Part shown: positions 51,467 through 64,000 of the stretch, piece by piece
Numbering within the stretch: the first letter of the stretch is position 1
How the letters are laid out: the number at the start of each line of letters is the position of its first letter
DNA from: Laetmonice hystrix
Taxonomy: Eukaryota
Direction of reading: 5' to 3'
DNA length: 64,000 nt
NCBI GenBank assembly: GCA_965235115.1
Contig: OZ249436.1
Coordinates: forward strand, 34,350,001-34,414,000
Notes under the pieces: generated by a model
Seen by the model: the letters and a program-made list of their open reading frames with translations, nothing else
What the model was told of the DNA's origin: nothing
Databases searched by the model: none
Made by a program: the position numbers and the translations under genes

Positions 51467-54400
51467 GCCTCTTTCTTGCAATTCTGCTGACCACTAAGGG
51501 CCGCTACTGCTGAACACAATTAAGATTCGACCAATCAAAGCCTGACCTCGATGCTGGCGCATGCGCACAGGTGATGATCCTACAGTTCTTATAAAAACCA
51601 CTGATCACGTGATATACGGTGATGAAAATTCATTAAAATGACAGCTGATAATTATAGGAGGAAATCCAGAGAAATCAAGCCAGATTATTGACAATAATTC
51701 CGTGGATTTATTCTTGGTTGGTTCGGAAGGAACCTGCGTTTATGTTTGAAATATTGACACTAGAGGTGAACGGACACGTTATTATTTATTAGATGACCTA
51801 GAAGTATTTCTCTCGCAAAAAGGACCTACGGGGCAACAGAATACGTATACCAGCACTTGGTCTGGTGTGATATTTACATGTATAGTTATTGCAATTTGTG
51901 TGGCATAAAAGCGATTGAATAAATTATTTATCGAAACTATTTGCAGTTAATAGTTACAGTTTTGTTTTAAATAATCTCTTGAAGCGAAGAAGTTTTCCTG
52001 CCTGATATTATTGCTTAGTATCTTCTTATCATATATTTGCTGACCTAAATTCCTAAATTTTTGCATTTTTCCGATCCACCATGTATAGGTTTATTATAAA
52101 TAGCATAAAGGTATACAAATAGTTGACCACAAACCCTATTATACCTAGATTATGAGGGAACCGAACATGTTTGCATGTATCTTAGCATCTTTAGAAATAC
52201 GTTCTTGTATTTTTGGCATATTGTTAAACCATCTTCGCTAAGGTGCGAAATTGGATGTTACTGCATAATGGTATAGGAGACAGATAATTTCGTGCAGAAC
52301 ACGTAAAAAAACGGTGTACCAATAGGAATTCATATACCCCAATAATAAGAAATGATTTTAAACCGGCCATAAAAATATCTTGGAGGTTAGCAGAAAACAA
52401 TCTGATTTGTGAACACAGGACCGAGATCTACTCGCCACTAGAATATAATTCTGTGATTTTCGCGAGAGTTGGCGCGTGAAAACTATAATACACACACACC
52501 CACACTGAAACAATAACATTATATCAAACAAAAATATATAACCAGCCATTAAATAGACATGAATAAATGATCTACGACTTTATATGAGTACACATGTGCA
52601 TGGGGAAGTCAATCTTATTACTGTACTGACACATCCGTGTGTTGTAAAGTTCCCCCTTAAGTCGATCTCGGTTTGCCTTTTGAAGATGATACATCTTGGG
52701 ACCTGTACCATAAAACATGTTAATCATGTCAATTCAAAGATGATGGCAATAATAATAAATGAGTGGTTTCACTAAATTTAGAATTGCATGTGTGCTTGAA
52801 TGGGCTTTAGTTTTTTTTATCATGGTCTAAATAAAATAATGCATGAGATTAACAATATAAAAAGGGGCTTCAGCATCAACCAAGCTGTACTATACTGGAT
52901 TACTACTATTGTAGAGCATGAAGGCTACCTTTACTACTACTATTACTACTACATTAAATTAGTGTAAAATAGGCCTACTAGGTCTATAGCACATTCCACA
53001 GACATAACTCAAGAAAAGAAAACGTAAACACATGTGTATACACGCCCAAGTTCTGAGGATGACCCAAGTTCATGCCATATTAATATTACATCTGTATTAG
53101 GTGTAGGTATACAGACACAGTGAGGGTCTATTGCAGCCAGCCACCCCAACTGTCGCTTTGAAACTTGACGTTTGGCCCGCGGTCGTTGCTTCCTGATCAG
53201 CAGGGTCGACTGTGCATGCGCACGTTCCACCATCCACCTGCCAAATGACGGCGGAAATTACGCCATTGCCGACCGCATGGTGTCATTAATTTAGGGCTGG
53301 CCACAATGGGGCAGACCTCTATCCGATCCACGACCGCCCCACCACCCCGACCTGATCCAGGGGAACCGCAAACTCACCCTCCCATCCCCCACCCCGACCC
53401 CCTGCTCAACCCGACCCACCGGACCCCGGGATCACAACGTCGCCTGCGGTCGCGCACACCCGTCGCTCCCATTGAGTACGTCACGTTCGTCTATAATGCT
53501 CCCCATTATGTCAGTAATTAGGGCTTTCTCTCGACACCCGGCCCGACCAGGGGAATGGAGGGTTGGTATGACTTCAACCCATCCACCTATAGGTGAGACG
53601 GCCACCGTACGTCAGTCTGCCAGTCGTGTCGCTAGAGTTCAACCAGCAAACAGTGCACCCATACTCCATTGTCGACATCACCGACACCCTCTCAACGCCA
53701 CCCCAACCTTTAGCTCATTACACCAGGGAGAAAAAAAATTAAGATTTTTTCCCTCTCCTCTCTAATTCAAGGACTGCATTCTGACAGTGCCCTTGGAAAG
53801 TGCTCTGGTGGATGAAAGGCCGCTGCGATGGTTAGGGCTAAGATGATGAGTGAAGAGTTCCATTGTATGTGGCACGTGCTCAAGACAGATCCGCCATTCA
53901 TTTATTAGTACGGCCTGATGGTCCGGTGATTACGTCAAACACCAGGCTGGGCCACAGGCCCGGACCTTGCCATAGAGACGTCGAATAGGGGCCTCTCAGG
54001 CTAATAGCTGCATTGTGTATGCAGGAATTCAATATCCACATCCAACGAAGTAGGAATGTGATCTAAGGTATAAGAAGTAGGGGGAGGGTGCCTCAAGAGC
54101 AGCGAAACGAATCACGTGTACGCACACCACGGCGCATACATGTGCGTAAATACACCGATATGCACACAATACACACCTCATGTGCAACGAAACAATGTGA
54201 ATTTTGGCCCCAAACTATTTTATCTCCATCATACCGTATTTTTTCATTTTTTTTGATTATCTCTATATCGATACACCATCAATATGACATGAGGTGGTGT
54301 CATGATGATTAGTAATGGCAGGGGTGATAGTCGTAGGTAATAGTCCTATATAGAGTGAGAATACGGGACAATCCTGATTACTTTAATAACCTCTTTTCCA

Positions 54401-54634
54401 CTTGGCCAGGTTCGAAAAATGAGACGTCTGGTTGAGTGTAACGCACTAACCGTGGATGATTACAGCCCTGGGTGTTCTAACAGTACCAACATATCTGTGC
54501 ACGGGCCAGATTGAGTGCAGACAATGGTTACGAAGGGCGATGAGGGCGATGATTTGGAGTGATGATACCAGCGATTGTGACCGAAACAAACGGAGACGGC
54601 TCGTGCTCGGGTCAGGCACCGTCCCGTCCTCTGA

Positions 54635-54649
54635 CAGCCACCTGGTGGC
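54635..54649 (-). promoter_or_regulatory. CTCF-like motif (near-palindromic)
   Basis: The minus strand reads GCCACCAGGTGGCTG. Confidence 0.4.
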
Positions 54650-57026
54650 GGACTGCTCAACTACAATGGCAACTCGACCCAGGCGGTTGTCTTGAAATGG
54701 CATATATACGACGGAGTTAAAACGTTCTCGCGGGTGCGTTCATTGAACTTTGTTTATATAAAGATGCTAATTATTATTAAACTAATTAAACCAGGGAGAT
54801 ATCCCTTTATCGTCAGATACAAGTACATGTGAACTTGTTAAGCATCAAACTTGTAATCTCCCGTACTGTCGTAACCATAAACTATATATTTGCAAGTTCT
54901 TCGTGAAAAAAATATTTGGTAAATTCACTGACTTTTTTTTACACTACTACACTAGAGAAAGGCCTTCTATATGGATAGAAATCTGGTGTAATAACATAGG
55001 AAGAATTTGATCATTACAGCCTAAACAGATACACCTAAACCTTTATGGTTTCTATCAATGACAAATATCGGAATAAATGGACTTCGCTTCCTGGAGATTC
55101 CAGCGAGCGATGGAGCATAATGAGGAGAATATGTTGGGTTCATAGATACATGGGTCAGGGACCGTAGGACCAGGCCGGGGCAGGCCGGGGTGGAGACCTG
55201 GCGGAGACGGAGGCCTGGCGGGGCCAGGGCCGGGCAGGGCGGCGCCCCGACCCGGCCTCACCCACCACCCACCCGCCCAACCGACCGACCGCCCGGCCCG
55301 ACACAGCGGGACCCCACCCAGGAACACATTGCATGTTTAGTGTCGGGACACTGGGCCGCAATGATTGCTCCATCGCAAAGAAATGCAATGGAAGTAAATT
55401 GTAGCGACGCCCGCAGAGACAGCGGGCGTCTCCCGATAAATAGAAAGGCGATGGCCACTTGTCTTCCAGCCGGTCCCTCCATAACCCGGGCCCTCACCCC
55501 CCAACCCCTCATCCCCTTTCTTGTCCGCAACGTTGCGTGGCTTGATTTCACCATATCAAATTTCATTCGCCTTTTTTGACCGAAAGAATGTGATAGCCAC
55601 GCAACCCCATTTACGAGCGCCGAGGTTGGGAATTTGCTCGAAAATAATATATTTCGTGCCAGTGAAACACGCAGGACGTTAAAGAACAAAGGAAATCGGA
55701 GAATTTCCTTGAGAATAATCAAAGCCGGTTAATTCTACCGCCAGGTTGTCGTCTGCGCTGGGCCCTGACCCGGGTCGTCTGGCAGAGCGTCCGCCCAATC
55801 AGCGAGGCCAACTGTTCCCGCCATTTTCTGACCAACTCCCGTGGCTGGAGTTTCCTAATGATTCTCAGGTTGTAGAATACAATGTGACAGGTGCACGCTA
55901 TGGTAGCCAGGGGTTAGCTCTTGGGGCGGAAGTTTGCCCCAAGGCCCCCTGAACATTCTCTGAACACGGTCCTCCTATAGCAGCAGGTTATCCATGCGCT
56001 CTGCTCACCACACATCCATTCACTACATTGGCCAAACACTGCTAGAAACACCGCAAGGGGTTCTAAACTTGTAGGATGGAACTTCAACTGGGTAGTGATC
56101 TAAAACATGTGTGGCAGAGCTATAGGCCTATAGCCTATATCTAACATGTCCAATTCCGAGTTTGATTAAACAATACGATTTAATAGTTAGAGTGCCACGG
56201 TCTACATTATATAATATGGTTTTAATTGGTCCTGAACCGTTTCTTTTCTTCTCACTGACGTCTGTGTAAAATCTATACTTGTGTCATATTGAACTATCAC
56301 TATACGTGAATAGATAAGTAAAGTTCAACCTTTTGTTAGGCTATCATAAGTGTCGGAGTTTCTGCAAAAAGGAACTACTAATTTGGCGTCACAAGTTTAT
56401 TAAACTCATGGCCACATTTTCGCATTTAACAAGATTATGAAGACGGTATTTAATTTGTCCGATTATTTAATCTTCTTCTTCGTCTTATTTATATCATGAT
56501 AATAAAGTATCATCTCCTTTCCTGTATTATACCGTGATATACATTATCTTTATTAATTTCATCCTTTCTCCCCATGACACGCAAGGACGCTATCATGAAT
56601 ATGACCGAGCCACCTTATTGACCTTATATGACAGTCATTACAGGTAATTAGGCCATACACTGTAAAACCATGAAGGTATCACGCGTCAGTTCTCTAACAG
56701 TGCGTGCCTCTAGGGCGTGCTCAGGTCGACATGGCTATCCTCAATGTACATCATGACTTGCTTGGCCATACTGGGTCTAAAGGGCCGATGCCATCGCTAT
56801 AACATTAACTATTGAAACACTCTAAGGTTACTGTAGCCTGCCATGGCCTTGGCACGTTGCATAATCATGCACGGCGTAGGCGTGACCTTTGTAAATTGAC
56901 TCTTAACTTGCGAGGAAAAGTGTGTGTCCACTGGCAGAGTGAATGGACCTTTAAGCAAGAAGTTAATTCAGGAAGGCGAGTGTTGACTCTTGATAACAAA
57001 AATAGTAAGAAGGGAAAATAAATTAG

Positions 57027-57034
57027 GGAGAGGC

Positions 57035-57075
<41 letters not shown>

Positions 57076-57102
57076 GAGAGAGACAGAGAGAGACAGAGAG
57101 AG
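57027..57102. repeat. GA/GACA microsatellite
   Basis: (GA)n with GACA interruptions. Confidence 0.9.
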
Positions 57103-60100
57103 GAGCATACAGCCATGTCATGCCATAGCCTTGGCTGCATCCTTCAAACCTCACCAGAAGTCTTCGATATCATGTCAGGGTCGGTGCCAACAAGGCAGAT
57201 CCAGGGCTAATTTGCCGGTGGCGCTGTCCAGTTTCAGGGACTTAGAGTTGCCTTTGTTGGAGCGTCAGTCACGTAAATGAGAAGACCATGGTAAAGGAAA
57301 AGCGGTTTATCTGAAAATTTGCACCATTCATAAGCAGCGCACCTCTCTGCTGCGGCATCGCCCCCATTCCAATATTTCACATGTCCTTTTTGATGCGGAA
57401 CTCGCCTCATTCCTGTGTGCGGCGCTGGCCAGAATTGTAATGTTACCATTATTTCCCTGCTTATGTTTGCGGCGTGGCGTGCCAACAAAAAACCCCTAAT
57501 AGCCACCACCTCATGTCAAAGGAGCCATTTCCCCCTGGTGCACTTTGATTCTGTGCACCGGCCCCAAATCCTCTCTTAACGCAGAGCTGACTGAAAGGAT
57601 ATTGCAACACATTGTGGTTCTCTATGATGACAAATGAATTTCACAACGCTGGCCGACCTTTTACTATTGGGCACATGTCGGGGTCTGCCTCGCCGCTGGC
57701 CTGGTTGTGATCTTGAATGAGCTTGGTGGCATTTCACCGGTGTTTGCATTGCAGCTCCCGAGGCGGAGGCTTTGTCGGTTTTTGAGGCCACCAGCTCTGT
57801 GGCTGGGAGCACGTTTTTTTATGCAATGTTTGACCACCCCCAACTGAGCGGCCTGCCGTGCAAGAGGCCATGGGTTTGGTTTCCACTGTTTGTACGGGCC
57901 CGGGTAACGAACGATAAAGGCTGGCTCATCTTCCCAGCAAAGCTCAAGCCATGCATCACCACAGGTCCCCCTATAGATATTATCCCCCGCCCCCAACCCC
58001 AACCACCCCACTCCCAATGCACCCTCACCACCCCCCAAACAATTAAAGATCATTCCATCTAGAAGCAGGCAGAATATATAGACCCGGCTCTTGAGAGCAT
58101 GTTAGATGAGATCCGTTTACATGGCCGCTATGTCATACAGTCATAACTAACGGGAACACTTCTTACAATAATTGGTCTCCAAACATGCACGTTCTATAGG
58201 TTCGATATAAATGTAACCTTTTCACACAATGACGCGCTAATTCTCTGTGAATTAAAACACACCAGTGACGAAGTCCATGTGCGTTTTATTTTAACATTCA
58301 CAGATAAATCAAAGCTGGTAATTACTTTAATTACATGGAAGTTCACACGAAACTTTGATGTTCCGATGGGAGGAGGTTGGTATAGAAGCTAGAGCTGTAG
58401 GAATGTGGGATCTGTATAGTTTGTGGCCCACCCGGTATCACTCCACGAGACTTCTTGTAACCTTTGTTCGCCCCTAGTTCACCTACATTCAGCTGTTTGT
58501 TGCAATGTAATTAATACTGTTTACCCGTCTTTTTCCAACTCGTCCAACTCCGCCGAAAAAAATGACTCGCCTTTGTTTTGGTGGATCATGTGAATTGGCA
58601 CAATAACTCTGGGTCTAAAATCGGGTAGTTTGGGATATAGGGCCACATGGATATAGTCTCCCAGGCGCACACTATTTCTGTATACTGGTAGACTATTGTT
58701 ATTCTTCTCCTAGGCTTGGATATAGGTTGGAAGGGTCAGTTAGAGAATATGGGGGAGAATAGGGGAGTATGACCGTGTATTTGTGAGCGCAGATTACAGG
58801 AACCTGGAGGTCGCCCCAGAATGTCTTTGTTGGTTATTAATTATATATAAGATTTCCTGGCACATAAAAACTGTTGGGAGTCAACATGATTAGATCTTGA
58901 TTGCACTATAGATGTGATGTAAATTTGTCCAACACATTGTATCCGAAAGGGAGGATGGGCGCATGAGATGCACACCCCCTTTTATATAAGACACCCCTTC
59001 TACCTTATATACAGGCGGGTGTTTTATGTTTAGGTTTCTAGAAACATCTGGTCATCGACGAATTGATGTAATAACGGGCGATTCTAACTACTGATTTCAC
59101 GTATAAACTTTACATAGATGTTGGCCAGCTTTTGCTTGAGACCTACATCCGTTCTCAGTCACGCTATATGACACACTGACACACACGTTTTACGTATGAT
59201 ACACGGCTATATAGCCATATGTCACATTGCAAACACGTGCTGCATATCACGTACGTGTTCACCATGCACCCTCCCACCCACCAACCAACCCCTCCACCGA
59301 CCAACTTACGACCAAACATTATTGGTTTTCAAATACATTAATTGTATTTCAATCGTATATAACGTCGCTTCAGGCTGAACATATACATTTCACTGATATA
59401 TTCTAAATAAGTGCATTACTGCCATTAGAACTGTAACATTATCCTTTAACCAATGTAATTAACACGTAAACATAACCGTGCAAATTGGATTAATGTAGGC
59501 AGGTGTTTCTAATGAAGGTTGTAAGTGTAAGTGAAGCTCAGTCATCAATATAGAAGTACAGTACCTTAATTCATATTTGGGTACTAATTTGACCAAAAGA
59601 ACAATTTAATAAATAATTTTTCTGGCAATACTAAGCCTTGTAACAAACAATATCCACCATTTCTGTGGCAATGGATATGTGTACATCACCAGGGCAGGTA
59701 TATATGAGAACATTAAATCGAAACATATTCCGGCTGAGAAGGATCAATACCGGCTTAGAAGATGTAAGGAACTACTTAGAAAGGTGACTTCAGAAATACA
59801 AAAAAGTGACCTTATTCTCTTCATATTACAGTGATATTATAAAAGGAAATCGTTTTTTTCCTTAGCACTCCATCTTTTCGCATGTTCGTCACATTGAGTC
59901 TTCTTCTAGAGAGAGGGGGCAGGGTCTATACCCCCCCCCCCAACCCCACGATTCCGTCACTGGATTAAACTAAAGAAGTACTCATTACGATGGCAGCCAG
60001 TAAAGTATACCCTCCGATGAGCCATACGGTCAGCTGCATGCCGCCCAAGCCCATGTTTAGAAGCGTTTAGTGGAGCGGTCAAGCGGCCGTCTGCCGTCTC

Positions 60101-61026
60101 TCTGGCCGTCCATCCGTCCGTCCGTGGCTGTCCGACTGTCCGGCCGGCCGGACGACGCCATCGCCCCTGGCTAACACTTGCCCCGCGGGGGGATCAGCAG
60201 ACCACAGGCATGTAAGTGTAAAGACTGCACTCTGACGTGCATGAAAGTGGCAATTTGATTCCCTAATACTAGTCGTTGTCGATACCCCACTGGGAGTTTG
60301 TTCTCTTTTGACTCCGCCTGATTAGGGGGTCCATTTGTCAGTGTGGAGGAGGAGGAAGACTCAGTAATGGCGGTAACCTTGGCGACCGTCGCCAAGACCT
60401 CGGGGATGCGGGCGGTAAGCCAAAGCGCAGGTCTCATCTAATGCCTCGCGGTATAACCTTATGAGAAAAGTTTTTTTAATCAACCAGGTTTTCTACGCTC
60501 TCCTGTTCCCTTTTACTTATTTTTTCATAAGCAAAAGCAAATTTTGAACCTTTAAACTCGGTCCCCTTGTAAGATCATGCACTATTGGAGAAATTGAGAG
60601 TCGAGATCGGCCATAGTCTTGAGGGCATCATCATGCTCAGAACTCCAAGGATTTTCTCACTGGATGGAAAAGGTTCGAAGTCCCAGGGGAGGGGACTTAT
60701 AACCTATAGCCACGTTCTAGCCTAGAATGAGGCCAGATTTATCATGTCAAATAGTTATACATCTTATAGCAACATAACAAGGCATCCTTTCTCAATTTAT
60801 TAGAACAGCTAACGCTTTCTCCCTCACGTTCACTCACGAGTGCATTTAACATGGGCGATAATTGGGTGCGATAATTTGTGACGTAATGTATGACAGGTTT
60901 ATGCATGCAAGGATATGAAGGCCAATGTTTTAGAATCACCAATCTCATAAGGTTTCTCAACAGATCGAGTTTTTAGGGGGGCTCCCATATTGTTTCCTCC
61001 CGTTTTTTGTGTAACCGAGCATCAGT

Positions 61027-61372
61027 TTTCGCGCTACACGACCTGTTCTCAGGACGGTATGATTGCAGAGGCGTTCGTGCCTTGCCAGTGACGTCACAGA
61101 CTACAGACGAGCGCTGCATGGAGGGAGTACTTCACTGAGGTCGGGAGAACTGCTCGAAAGTTACCGTACACAATAGGTCAAATGGCGCCGAATTGGCGAA
61201 CTGTAAGCAATCACGGGAAACCACAGTCGATCACTGAACGCCCCGAGATTGTAAATGCTTAAGTTGCGATGAAATGACTGGTCAGACCCGCTATTGTTGC
61301 CCAACCAAAGACGTTTTTTGGCGCGGCCATTGTGCGATGATGGATAACAGTAAAGCATTTGATCAGGTGAGC
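61027..61372 (+). promoter_or_regulatory. Candidate promoter plus first exon
   Basis: E2F-like TTTCGCGC (61027) and TTTGGCGCG (about 61317), perfect CRE palindrome GTGACGTCAC (61088-61097), YY1-like AAATGGCG (61180), then a CAG|GTGAGC splice donor at 61367. Confidence 0.35.
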
Positions 61373-61669
61373 GATCGCGGAGTAATTTGGCGGAGGGTGG
61401 TATTGTGTTCAGTGGCAATGGGGGCACTCGCTGAGCATAACCGTACAATTTGTCGGGATTTGACCTCGTCAGTGGCGGAGAATATGCGCAAACTAAACTG
61501 CCAAGTAAAGCCGCAACCCGTCAACACAACACAACCCACCATATTTCCCCGCCTCCCTTCCCTGTGCCAATGAAGTTTCCGACTGAGTACTGTCAAACAT
61601 GGGTCAGATACATGGTCCACAGACGTCAGTATAGCCAGTATAGACAAGGGGGACTCCTCCCATAAAATA

Positions 61670-61823
61670 GACCAGTTTCTCGAAAATACTTAAGTCTGAG
61701 TTTCACTCAACTTTACTCAACTCAGGAAATGGAGGATTCACATTGGCTAAAAACGTTCTTTTGAGTAGATTTGAGTGAAACTCAGACTTCAGTATGCTTA
61801 AGTATGTTCGAGAAATCGGGCCC
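61670..61823. mobile_element. Palindromic non-autonomous DNA transposon (MITE), possibly PIF/Harbinger-type
   Basis: The left arm TTTCTCGAAAATACTTAAGTCTGAGTTTCACTCAACTTTACTCAA (to 61720) pairs with the right arm 61761-61823 around a 40-nt spacer. The right arm has a 10-nt insertion and ends in GGGCCC. The superfamily is inferred from the terminus only; no TSD was confirmed. Confidence 0.8.
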
Positions 61824-64000
61824 AGTACTGTAAAAATGGAGTGGGGGTGGGGTGTTAAAGTTGGGGGATTGTTGACGAGCCCCTTAATGTTTTCAGCGTT
61901 TCACTCTCATGTTTTATTATTCCAAGTAAAATTTGCATTTTCACTCTCTCCAAGTATTTAGATGCTAATCCCACTTGTGTTGACATGGAATGGGGACTAA
62001 GCCTGGGTATCGGACGTCAGGGGGAGGGTCCTCATACGAGGAGCAAGGAAGGATTCTAAAGATAAATAGAATGGGCTCCTGAGACTTAAAGATACTTAAA
62101 GATGTCCTTTCATCCAAAATAATCCCTCTCAATGTCAAAGCATGATCCGATTTAGAATACCATAATAGCCTATAACTGTAAAAATCCAGCTACAGATCTA
62201 TAGGTTTTCGAAAGGAAAAGGGGGGTGTCCAGGACTGCCATGACAATTCAGGAAACTCAATTAACACGTGGAGAAAACTGGTTCCCCTCAAAACACTGGT
62301 GGCCGGTTGCAAGAACATTTTGTGAAGTTAATCCCAAGGATGGCTTAACTTACTATCTAGCCTAGATTTAAGGTTGGGTACGTTTGGCAGTCCTGTTTAA
62401 TGGAATTCTTTTGTGCTTGGCCAGCGAAATAAGGGCCAGTCTCCAAAAATGAGAAAAGGCTAGAAAATTCTGACTTTCTGGGAACTGAAAATATGCGTAA
62501 ATCCACAGATTGGGTTAATCTCGAGACTAAGTATGTCCTTGCAACCGGCCATGGAGGAATATTTGAAGTTTTGAGCGACTATATCTCGAGTTCTTTGGTA
62601 CATAATCATATATAGAGATGGTGAATTGTTTCCTGGCCCGGGTGGGGGAGGGGAGTTTATATCATTGTCCATACCGCACACAGACGGAGACACCCTGCTA
62701 GACCACTCCTCCCCTTGTCTCCCCTAAAAGTGAACATGCCGTAAACGACAAGACTAGGTAACACTGAACACAATGTAAACTTCACCACAGACTTAGGTAA
62801 TGTATACACCGCTAACACAACTCGCTACATGCCATCTGGGGCGTCTTGTTAACTTTAATGTCACAATGGGATGTTTTATAATAAAACTGCACTGGAAGTT
62901 AGTCTTTAGGTCGTCATTCACACGCATGGTTCATCTCAGCTAACCTAAACCTTTGTCCAACCACACCCTATAGGGGATGACAGCATAATAGGCCTAAGTC
63001 ATTAAACATTCCCTTTTGTTCTCAACATGCACTGTCTTTTTTTTACACTTACCCATTTGGGGGTGTCAAGACTATCCGGAAGTGACAATAATAGGGCCAC
63101 AGGACACAGTTCTTCCATAATTCCGGAAGATGTACAGAGAATTGTAAGCATTCACATGTTATAAATTGTTCTTACGATAATAGGCATAACGTCGAGTAGT
63201 ATGAAAACCAGGCATGGAGTTATCAAAGTGTCACTGCATGCAGCAGATATTTGAAACCCAAAACTCTGTATAAACAAATCTTAAATCTCACTGTTTTCTG
63301 TACGGAGTTGCCGTATATAGAAGATGTCAAGTTGATCGTAACTTTCACCATGTAAAACACCATCGTGTAAGGATGTTACCCTGTAAGTGTTCCTGAATCA
63401 TTTAAAAAAAAAGAGAGAACGTTTTGTTTTATTATGTCAAGCAGACAGATGCAACAGACCGGAAATACCTGCAGGAACACAACAAAGAGAATGAGTGAGA
63501 GTAGAACAACCAGGATCTTCAGTGAGTTTGAATTCATTGAATGCATTATTCAGGTTGAGGTTTCTGCATAATATCTTTGACTTCACACGATTTGGCACAG
63601 AGCAACCTCTTTGTACCATTCAACGGGTGTTTGAAAGCTGAGTGGTAAAGGGCGAGTCAGGGAGTACAGAGTAAAGTTAAAAGTAAATATTTGGGGGTTC
63701 ATGGGGTTGATGGTTGCTTTCATAGCAAGCTCTTTGAAAGCTCGGATCAAGGGGAACGGAGTCGAATATAGCACGGCATCATATCAGTGAAGGTTGTACG
63801 AGTGAAAGGATTCTCATAGATACACAAAGACCACTAGTATTTTCTAGCCATTTTGGAAATGGGAAGATGTAGTTTGTCGTAGTAAGGATGCTGGTTTGGT
63901 CATGTTGGTATGGCGTTATTGGTACGTTTCGCCGTTTATGGCTATTCACAGTGAATGATGATGAATGCGTAATATTACACCAGGGTGTTTGTCGGATAGG

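Noticed and set aside
54559..54634. C/D-box-like pair (GTGATGA…CTGA)
   Set aside because: There is no convincing terminal stem or recognisable rRNA/snRNA antisense element.
59908..59962. Possible end of a GGATCCGCCACTG-type MITE
   Set aside because: Only one degenerate terminus is visible.
60672..60684. B-box-like GGTTCGAAGTCCC (also about 16418)
   Set aside because: There is no A-box at proper spacing and no cloverleaf, so it is not a supportable tRNA or SINE.

Overview
This is eukaryotic, most likely invertebrate-animal, non-coding DNA: a long intron or intergenic regulatory landscape. The taxon call is an inference from microsatellite load, retained CpG and animal-type motifs. I found no protein-coding gene, rRNA, tRNA, recognisable miRNA, autonomous transposon ORF or CRISPR array. 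The longest ORFs in the track are by-products of tandem repeats. Firm content: four minisatellites (35 bp x25, about 83 bp x6, about 17 bp x about 22, 45/47 bp x about 20), a 2.7-kb CCAA-based complex satellite with an internal duplication of about 470 bp, several GA/CAG/TG/GGT microsatellites, a (GGGGCC)8 tract and one clear palindromic MITE (61670-61823). Speculative content: several splice-signal and promoter-motif clusters, mostly on the + strand, which may belong to non-coding or 5' exons of a large gene; nuclear-receptor direct repeats; CTCF-like sites; and recurring GC-rich islands. The most unusual observation is the about 83-bp minisatellite, whose unit reads like a complete mini-intron (GTAAGT...CTAAC...TAG) joined head to tail. 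I cannot support a new biological system from sequence alone. All motif counts were made by eye and need computational confirmation.
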